In this document: piece by piece, positions 57,350 through 64,000 of the stretch
Position numbering within the stretch: position 1 is the stretch's first letter
Layout: every line of letters begins with the position of its first letter
Origin: a virus
Lineage: Duplodnaviria > Caudoviricetes
Length of the DNA: 64,000 nucleotides
Reading direction: 5' to 3' (one strand)
Virus record (IMG/VR): IMGVR_UViG_3300032030_000024
Span: 59,591-123,590 of that record
Notes under the pieces: generated by a model
Database searches by the model: none
Seen by the model: only the letters and a program-made list of their open reading frames with translations
Told to the model about the DNA's origin: nothing
Translations under genes and position numbers: made by a program

Positions 57350-57363
57350 AGAAGGTTAAGAAT

Positions 57364-57888
57364 ATGAACATAATTCAAAAGAAGTTTAGTATTATTGCTG
57401 AGATATGGGACACTTGTATGAAGGTGATGGATATGGAAGTCCAAGAAGGCGAGTATTGCGAGTTTAGTTTTGACCTCGGCTATTTTCAAAAATATTGGAA
57501 AGACACAAATTTTGACTACAATAATTCATTGCCGTATATTAAAAACACGATAAATAATAGTTTTTATCATTTTAACGGTCTGGATTTTGCTTCCAACGGT
57601 CAATGTACGTTTGTATTTTTGAAATCAATAGCAGAAACACATAACTATCTTGGTGCATACAAACTCCGTAAGCCTATCAGGATGCCTGACTTTAGTGCTA
57701 TTGATTTAGATATACACTTGCTCCGTTCTATTGCAGATTGGCTGCATGACCAGTGGGACGGGTATGAATTATGGCGTTTTGAAAACGATAAAAAGTACAT
57801 CCGTAAAAGGCTAAGAAAATGCGAGGTCGATATTTTGAATGACGAGCCTGCAAGCATTATTGACCCAAGTTTTAAGGAGAACGGCTGA
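57364..57888 (+). CDS. hypothetical protein (AT-rich)
   Basis: 174-aa ORF. Confidence 0.6.
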   Translation: MNIIQKKFSIIAEIWDTCMKVMDMEVQEGEYCEFSFDLGYFQKYWKDTNFDYNNSLPYIKNTINNSFYHFNGLDFASNGQCTFVFLKSIAETHNYLGAYKLRKPIRMPDFSAIDLDIHLLRSIADWLHDQWDGYELWRFENDKKYIRKRLRKCEVDILNDEPASIIDPSFKENG

Positions 57889-58095
57889 TGGAGAACTGAC
57901 CGATGCCCCGATACCGAATACAACACCGATACCCTTGCTACCCCGGTGGCGGCTGCATCCCCTACGACGGCTACTTCGTGCAGGTGCTACAAGAGGGATT
58001 CTTCACCGACAAGTGGGTTGACGTCAAAGGCTTCGGTGACAGAGAGAGCGCAGAGAAATTATTAAAAGCATTAGAATAAGAGCAATAATACGATT

Positions 58096-58593
58096 ATGAT
58101 AGAAAAAGTATTGAACGAAACGAGCGTCACACCAAAGATTACGTTGACGCAGGATGAGTACAACAGGCTCGTTTCACTGGCAAAGGCAAAAGCCAAACAG
58201 ATTGAGGAACGGGCAGTGGAATACTACAAGAAGAACGGTGTGTGCAGCATCCATATCGACGCTTACGTCCGTGAGCAGAACGGCGGCTGCGACGAGATTG
58301 CCGACACGTTCCGCTTCGACTGCCAGCCGAGGTACGGCTATGTTACGCCATCGGACGAGTACGAGCCGAACCCCTTTGCCATCGACAGCGCGACACGGCA
58401 GCGCATCATGAAGTTTGCCGCCAGCTATGCCACGTCGGCCTTCTACCGCAAGTTCGGCAAGCAGCTCATGCACATCAACAATGCCATGCGGTACGAGCGC
58501 CGTGCCTACCGCGAATGGGTGATGAACCTCGCACTGGCGCTGACAGGATGGCTCTTGGCTACACTGCTGCTTATAGCCGTGATATTGAAATAA
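58096..58593 (+). CDS. hypothetical protein with C-terminal TM helix
   Basis: Hydrophobic C-terminus. Confidence 0.6.
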   Translation: MIEKVLNETSVTPKITLTQDEYNRLVSLAKAKAKQIEERAVEYYKKNGVCSIHIDAYVREQNGGCDEIADTFRFDCQPRYGYVTPSDEYEPNPFAIDSATRQRIMKFAASYATSAFYRKFGKQLMHINNAMRYERRAYREWVMNLALALTGWLLATLLLIAVILK

Positions 58594-58611
58594 AAAAGGA
58601 CTAATACGATT

Positions 58612-58824
58612 ATGGGACACGTTCAAGCACCAGACATTCCGCCACCACATAGGCGGTACACATTACACTACGTCCACCGCATTTGCATCGACAAGCGGTT
58701 TGACGATTGGATTCCACGATGGGAGAAGATAGACTTCAAGACACTAAGAGAGGCGCGTGAATACCTGACCATCGCAGGTGAAAACGCCTACATCATCGAC
58801 AACGTAACGAAACAAAAAGTATAA
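58612..58824 (+). CDS. hypothetical protein
   Basis: 70-aa ORF in co-oriented run. Confidence 0.5.
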   Translation: MGHVQAPDIPPPHRRYTLHYVHRICIDKRFDDWIPRWEKIDFKTLREAREYLTIAGENAYIIDNVTKQKV

Positions 58825-58830
58825 GGAACT

Positions 58831-59613
58831 ATGGCAAAAGAAGAAAAGGTAATTACCCCAAGTCAGTATTTCGACTTCCTTAAAGGGGCAAAAAAGACTA
58901 TCACGACGGAGGCGCTGAAAAGCTCATACGACGTGTTTCTGAAATTGGCAGAGAAGTATAACAAGCTGGGGCAGGTGGAGTCGATGAAGAAACTCTGCTT
59001 TCTTGCAGATACGCTCATCAAGGAGGAAAAGCTCATTGAGATGGGCATCAACACTTACGTCTATAAGGATACTATTGAGGACTACATCGAGCACGTGGCC
59101 GACAAGACGGTAAAGATTGTGGAGTTGTCGCGCTACATGAGGGAAGTGCCCGATGAACTGGTTGAGACCGTTCAGAAGTCAAAGGAATTGTTCGACGAGT
59201 TCTATGTGGTCTTCACGGACTACACGGGAAAGGAAGAGCGCAAGGTGGAGAAGGAACGCCGCGAAAAAGACCCGATACTCTTTGGCGTGTTCAAGACGAA
59301 CCGCAACGTGGCCGACCGATTCTATTTCCTCGGCGACTGGGTGGACGAATACTGCGACCTGACGCTTGACAAGATGGTTGAGGAGTACAAGGAGAAGAAA
59401 GGCGAGACACCTGTCATTAAGACCGAGGTTCCCAAGACGGGCGAGGAACTGCTGCAAATCTTGAAGACGTATAAGATTGAGGAAAAGAAGGAAGACAGCT
59501 ATATCAGCGCCCCAGAGGGTCAGCAGTTGCCAATCGCAACCTACATCACGTCTGGCTCAGCCGAGAAGAAACCATCGTTCTTTGACAAAATCCGCAGTAT
59601 CTTCAAGAAGTAG
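58831..59613 (+). CDS. conserved hypothetical phage protein
   Basis: KDPILFG...YFLGDWVDEYCDLTLD motif. Confidence 0.7.
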   Translation: MAKEEKVITPSQYFDFLKGAKKTITTEALKSSYDVFLKLAEKYNKLGQVESMKKLCFLADTLIKEEKLIEMGINTYVYKDTIEDYIEHVADKTVKIVELSRYMREVPDELVETVQKSKELFDEFYVVFTDYTGKEERKVEKERREKDPILFGVFKTNRNVADRFYFLGDWVDEYCDLTLDKMVEEYKEKKGETPVIKTEVPKTGEELLQILKTYKIEEKKEDSYISAPEGQQLPIATYITSGSAEKKPSFFDKIRSIFKK

Positions 59614-59616
59614 GCT

Positions 59617-60012
59617 ATGCTCGACCAAAGGATTGACCTCACGGAAAACCGCGATTTCAGCCAGCCACAGCAGCGGGTTATCGCTATCGGTGCCGTCATC
59701 GACAATGAGTTCGTGACCTGCGACGAGTACGAGGCCATCGCAAAACACAAAAGCATATTTGGTCGCAGGCATCGCAACGAGAAAGGCAAAATCTTCGGCA
59801 AGACCGACGAAGACCTTATGGAGGAAATGAGGTCGCAATGTCAGAAATGCGGCAAGCCGTTCAGACTTCCTTGGCAGAAGCAATTCGGCTTGTGCGATGA
59901 ATGCGACAGAGAGGTCGATTACGAATTTCGGGAGTTTCCGTGGCAGGTTCATCAGCCCGTCATCAGAAGATTGGGCGATGTCGGCCAAGGCAATCTGTTC
60001 GATTTGAGATAA
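59617..60012 (+). CDS. hypothetical Zn-binding protein
   Basis: CQKCG...CDEC. Confidence 0.6.
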   Translation: MLDQRIDLTENRDFSQPQQRVIAIGAVIDNEFVTCDEYEAIAKHKSIFGRRHRNEKGKIFGKTDEDLMEEMRSQCQKCGKPFRLPWQKQFGLCDECDREVDYEFREFPWQVHQPVIRRLGDVGQGNLFDLR

Positions 60013-60107
60013 TGTCCCACTCCCAATAATCCTTTTATTATCTTCGCAAACAGAAACGGCACGGCGAAAGCCAAAGCCAGACCACATTCAACAACAACAA
60101 AGACGAT

Positions 60108-60407
60108 ATGAAACTACTCACGAAGAAAAAGCAAGAGAGGCTGATGAGCGACCTGCTGGACATCTACCTGATGGGCAGCGACGCACTGAAGGCCATAGGC
60201 ACCCGTCAGCCGATGGACCCCGTGCAGGCCCTGCACCGGCAGCAGAAGATGACCAGCGCGGCAATGGACGCTGCCAACATCATCCGGGGCTTATATGGCA
60301 ACCGCCTGCTCATGGAGGCCGGCAGGCAAAAGCAGCAGCTGGAGCAGCAGCACGGCTTCACGCTGAAACTGAAGGACGAAATTCCGTTCTATCAATTTAA
60401 AGGTTAA
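60108..60407 (+). CDS. hypothetical protein
   Basis: 99-aa ORF. Confidence 0.55.
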   Translation: MKLLTKKKQERLMSDLLDIYLMGSDALKAIGTRQPMDPVQALHRQQKMTSAAMDAANIIRGLYGNRLLMEAGRQKQQLEQQHGFTLKLKDEIPFYQFKG

Positions 60408-60410
60408 GAT

Positions 60411-60869
60411 ATGACGATAAAAAGACTTTTATTGACTATATTTATAGGCGACAGGGAGAAATGGAGAGAGTTGAACGAAGCCTTGAAACTTGCAGCAAAG
60501 AGTTTGATAAGATATTTGGTATATTATTTCAGTATGTATCAAAACTATTTCATAAAAAAGAACGAAATGAGAAAGATAAACATCAATAACCCAGAAGAAC
60601 TGAAGAAGTTCAAAATGGAAACAATGGGCTTTGTATCAAGCTATGGTTTTCCATATAGGCTTGATGACCTCACAGAAAATGGTGCTAATTACACCATATT
60701 CTGTCCTCTCCGCTGGAAGTCGGCATTCTCGCCAGCCAAGTTGCATAAACTACTGCGTGAGGACGTGGATGCTGACAGGATAACAGTTGAATATATTGAC
60801 TTCGTTAAGGAAACAGAACTTAGTCACTCAAAAGTGACCAAGAAAAGTGACCAAGATTTATTAACTTAA
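60411..60869 (+). CDS. hypothetical protein (contains paralogue of 36020-36268 from nt 60567)
   Basis: [16 protein letters not shown]...[12 protein letters not shown]. Confidence 0.6.
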   Translation: MTIKRLLLTIFIGDREKWRELNEALKLAAKSLIRYLVYYFSMYQNYFIKKNEMRKININNPEELKKFKMETMGFVSSYGFPYRLDDLTENGANYTIFCPLRWKSAFSPAKLHKLLREDVDADRITVEYIDFVKETELSHSKVTKKSDQDLLT

Positions 60870-60880
60870 AAAATAAGATT

Positions 60881-61093
60881 ATGACAAAAGTAGATACTGA
60901 CAAATTCATCGCCCTGCTGATTGAAACCTATTGCCATCGCATGGGCATTGACAGGACTTTGGTTACTACTATTCTCGATGACGTGCTTGAAAAGATGGGC
61001 TTCAAGGTTGATAACGGAGAAATTGTAGAATTAACTCGAAAAGAAGAGTCCAATCTACCTGATTTTGAAAGGGTACTCAGCAATGTAAAATAA
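60881..61093 (+). CDS. hypothetical protein
   Basis: 70-aa ORF. Confidence 0.5.
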   Translation: MTKVDTDKFIALLIETYCHRMGIDRTLVTTILDDVLEKMGFKVDNGEIVELTRKEESNLPDFERVLSNVK

Positions 61094-61415
61094 AAAATGG
61101 AGAAATTGTTATAAGATTACTAAAGAGCAAACTATGGTAAAAATTACTGAAGGATGCCTGACCGATGGAAGCAAAGGAAATAATATAAAGGATTGAAGAG
61201 ATTATGAAAGCAAAGGGACAAAGACCCAGATGTGGCGATTGCTCTCACTTACGAGAGAAAACCGTGAGCGACGTTGGCTCCGTGCTATGGTGCGACATTC
61301 CGAACGGCAACCGCAAGGTGAGCCGTGACCAGGTGTTCTCATACGTCAGCAGACGGGGCGAGGAGGAAGTGATTGTATTGTAGTTAAAAGGTAAATAAAT
61401 TAAATTAAAGGCGAT

Positions 61416-62207
61416 ATGTTGATAAAACTTACAAGTAAATGCTCGATGATGTGTCCGCATTGCATGGAGGACGCACAGGAAACGGGACTGATGATGACGC
61501 TTGACACGTTCAAGCAGACCGTGAAGTTCGGCACGTATATAGGCAATAGCCATTTCGTTCTATCAGGTGGCGAACCGACGGAGAACGAGCACATCACCGA
61601 AATGTGCGAATGGATGGAGCTGGCTACCGGCTGCAACTTTACAATCGTGTCAAACGGCATGTGGCTGAAGGACGAGCGCAAACGTCAGCGCATCGAGTGG
61701 ATAAGCCATCTGATTTGTTATCTCGGTATGCAGGTATATACCAACAAGCAATGGTATAAGGAATACGACTATGTGGTGAGCCATAAGCACGAATACGAGA
61801 AGTACAACAAAGTGATTGTCGATGCCGACTCTCACATCTTCATGCAAGACCTCGGACGTGCAAAGACAAACCCCGATGCACAAAAGGAGATAGAGCAGAA
61901 CCCGCAATTCATGTCGTGTCTAAACGCTACCCTTGTGGCTATTCAGAAAGCCGATCCGCAGGAGTTTGGTATCACGATGATGCTGCACCGCCAGTTCTGC
62001 AAGCCGTCGGTGGATTGCGAGGGCAACGTCCACATGAGCGAAAGCCGCCTGTGTCCGTCAGTTGGCAATGTCAATACCGACAACTTTGCCGACATCTGGC
62101 AGCGGATGCGCGAGTTCCGTCCGTGCGGTCACTGCAAGCAGTATCGGAAGTTCATGGAAAGCCCCCGTGCCGACATCGCCGCAGCGAGAGCCGTAATGGG
62201 GTTATAG
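61416..62207 (+). CDS. radical SAM enzyme with SPASM/twitch-like C-terminus
   Basis: CSMMCPHC (CxxxCxxC), SGGEPT, SNG, C...GNV...IW...CGHC. Confidence 0.85.
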   Translation: MLIKLTSKCSMMCPHCMEDAQETGLMMTLDTFKQTVKFGTYIGNSHFVLSGGEPTENEHITEMCEWMELATGCNFTIVSNGMWLKDERKRQRIEWISHLICYLGMQVYTNKQWYKEYDYVVSHKHEYEKYNKVIVDADSHIFMQDLGRAKTNPDAQKEIEQNPQFMSCLNATLVAIQKADPQEFGITMMLHRQFCKPSVDCEGNVHMSESRLCPSVGNVNTDNFADIWQRMREFRPCGHCKQYRKFMESPRADIAAARAVMGL

Positions 62208-62250
62208 TAAGAGCAGAAAATAACTTAAAAGAAAATAATAAATTGGCGAT

Positions 62251-63084
62251 ATGTTAAAACCAGGTAAGAGACAACTGAGAGACATCACCGATCAAGAACT
62301 TCGAGTGATTGTTGAAATGAGTGGTCACTATGGCCACAAGGACTATTGGGGTAACTTCACGATTACGGACATCGACCGTAACATGTTTAGTAACACCATC
62401 GTAATTGACTACGAACAGACGCGCATCAGCGACGGCGAGAAATCGCTTACCGTGATGTTCTTCGAATACAACGCGCTTTCGTATCATGTGGACTACCGCT
62501 ACCCGTACAGCCGCAGTACGCAGTCCGAGAGCATAACAGAGCATCCGAAGATGCTGCTGTGGCTGCTGAATCAGGACTTCGACCTGCTGAGTATGCTGAC
62601 GGAGAGACCCGTGGCCGTGCATCTGTCGCAGTCGTATCATACAATGGGATTCCTTGTCGGTCACGGACATTGCGGTTGCTTCAAGATGGACACGATGAAG
62701 TTCTTCGGCCCCGACGAGCGCGAGAAAGCAGAGGAATACATGAAGGAGCGCAGAGAGGACAAGGACTACGTTCACGCATTCCGAGTGCTCGACATGAACG
62801 AGCGCGAACCCGACTTCATGCCAAAGGAGAAGCACTACGAGCGCATGGAGCATTGCATCGGCATCGAGCAAGACAAGGTGAAGGACGGGCTCTACAAAGC
62901 CTTCCGCAACGGCTCATGTTATAATGAGTGCGTCCCCGAATGGGAAGACCTCGTTCGCAACGGCTATGCCAAGCGGTGGGGCGAGATAGGCCAGACGATA
63001 TTCTACGGAGTGACACAAAAAGGCTTCGAGGCCATCGCCCGTCGTTGGGGTGTCCGCATTAGGTATGAAATAGAGGTAGGTTGA
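62251..63084 (+). CDS. hypothetical protein
   Basis: 277-aa ORF. Confidence 0.65.
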   Translation: MLKPGKRQLRDITDQELRVIVEMSGHYGHKDYWGNFTITDIDRNMFSNTIVIDYEQTRISDGEKSLTVMFFEYNALSYHVDYRYPYSRSTQSESITEHPKMLLWLLNQDFDLLSMLTERPVAVHLSQSYHTMGFLVGHGHCGCFKMDTMKFFGPDEREKAEEYMKERREDKDYVHAFRVLDMNEREPDFMPKEKHYERMEHCIGIEQDKVKDGLYKAFRNGSCYNECVPEWEDLVRNGYAKRWGEIGQTIFYGVTQKGFEAIARRWGVRIRYEIEVG

Positions 63085-63087
63085 CGT

Positions 63088-63384
63088 ATGAACAACATGT
63101 ATATTTCTTCTGCAAAGAAGGACGAAGCCGTTGAGAACTTTGTCAAAGGCAAGAGGAAGGAACTGGAGAAGATGATTCCCGGATTTGTCGATGACAGGAA
63201 GTTTACTGATATTGTGCTGAACTTCTACGAGAGAGGAATAAGGGACGGCGTTCAAATGATGATGGAGCGGATGACGGATATTATTGCGGCAAGAAACGCA
63301 ACTCATGTCTCAGCCCAAATGTCAGAGACATCGGCGAGTGGTAAGTTAAATGATGCTTTTAACGAGAAAGACAGGGAGGACTGA
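63088..63384 (+). CDS. hypothetical protein
   Basis: 98-aa ORF. Confidence 0.55.
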   Translation: MNNMYISSAKKDEAVENFVKGKRKELEKMIPGFVDDRKFTDIVLNFYERGIRDGVQMMMERMTDIIAARNATHVSAQMSETSASGKLNDAFNEKDRED

Positions 63385-63389
63385 GCGAT

Positions 63390-63605
63390 ATGAGAGACGA
63401 GAATGCGAATGCCAACTGCATCGACTGGGAGCAGCGTAGGTATGAGATTGCGAAGGAGATGATGCCGCAGGTGTTTCATGAACTGACGGTGGCATTGAAT
63501 GCCGGTGCCAGAGTGGAAAATGTGGAAGGCAAGACCCCGATGGAAGCAACGGCAGAACGTGCCGTGTGGTACGCCGATGCACTTATTGAAGAACTAAAGA
63601 AATAA
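63390..63605 (+). CDS. conserved small phage protein
   Basis: IDWEQRRYEIAKE...AVWYADALIEELKK. Confidence 0.7.
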   Translation: MRDENANANCIDWEQRRYEIAKEMMPQVFHELTVALNAGARVENVEGKTPMEATAERAVWYADALIEELKK

Positions 63606-63608
63606 TCT

Positions 63609-63986
63609 ATGGAACAGAAACCAATCAAAATCCTGCATCAGCCACTGAAGGCTAAGTGGTACCGGATGATAGAGACTGGCGAGAAGCCGGAAGAATACCG
63701 GGAGGCAACACCATATTGGTGCAAGAGATTCTGTGGATTTAACACACTGCTGTTTTCCTTTCGTAACGGCTACGAGGACATCAACAAGGCGGGCTACACC
63801 CACGTCCAGTTCTCCCTCGGCTACCCGAAGAAGGACGATGAGTCGCGCCGCATGACCTTCGAGTTGAAAGGCATCGAGTACCGCGAGGGTCGTGAGGAAT
63901 GGGGAGCGGAGAAAGGCAAGAAATACCTCGTCGAAGTACTGGGCCGACGCACCACGCTCGACGGGACAAAACTATGGGAGGACTGA
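63609..63986 (+). CDS. ASCH/PUA-like domain protein (paralogue of 3127-3465)
   Basis: PLKAKWYRMIETGEKPEEYRE.TPYWCKR. Confidence 0.7.
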   Translation: MEQKPIKILHQPLKAKWYRMIETGEKPEEYREATPYWCKRFCGFNTLLFSFRNGYEDINKAGYTHVQFSLGYPKKDDESRRMTFELKGIEYREGREEWGAEKGKKYLVEVLGRRTTLDGTKLWED

Positions 63987-64000
63987 ACGATGACCAGCAA

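Overview
This window is part of a temperate, tailed bacteriophage genome that probably infects Bacteroidales (Prevotella-like hosts). The host call rests on TAnnTTTG -7 promoters and Bacteroidetes-type phage gene families. It appears to be in the excised (attP) configuration. Layout from left to right: (1) a leftward replication/recombination arm with an SF2 helicase, DUF5131, a RecD2 split into two genes, a frameshifted HAD phosphatase, NinB, DUF3127 SSB, a PD-(D/E)XK nuclease and an AAA_24/Sak4-like ATPase; (2) a divergent LuxR/Cro/CI switch; (3) excisionase, tyrosine integrase and an attP carrying the 3' end of a tRNA-Pro; (4) lysis genes, tail genes and a 2591-aa tape measure; (5) metK; (6) an AT-rich accessory block; (7) an isolated portal gene; (8) a sigma4/alphaCTD fusion regulator; (9) an HNH endonuclease and a DNA-methyltransferase locus; (10) a rightward arm of small genes including DUF559, a Mom-like DNA modifier, WYL_2, DUF932, a radical SAM enzyme and ASCH. 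No terminase, capsid or major tail gene was recognised. The standout feature is at 44695-47155. A C5-cytosine methyltransferase is split into N- and C-terminal genes, and the variable region between them is an array of seven separately encoded 49-64 aa TRD-like mini-proteins. All seven end in a YETE-like tail, and five of the six junctions are a dual-coding 14-nt overlap. This is a candidate methyltransferase with exchangeable specificity subunits. All family calls come from motif recognition by eye; no database searches were run.
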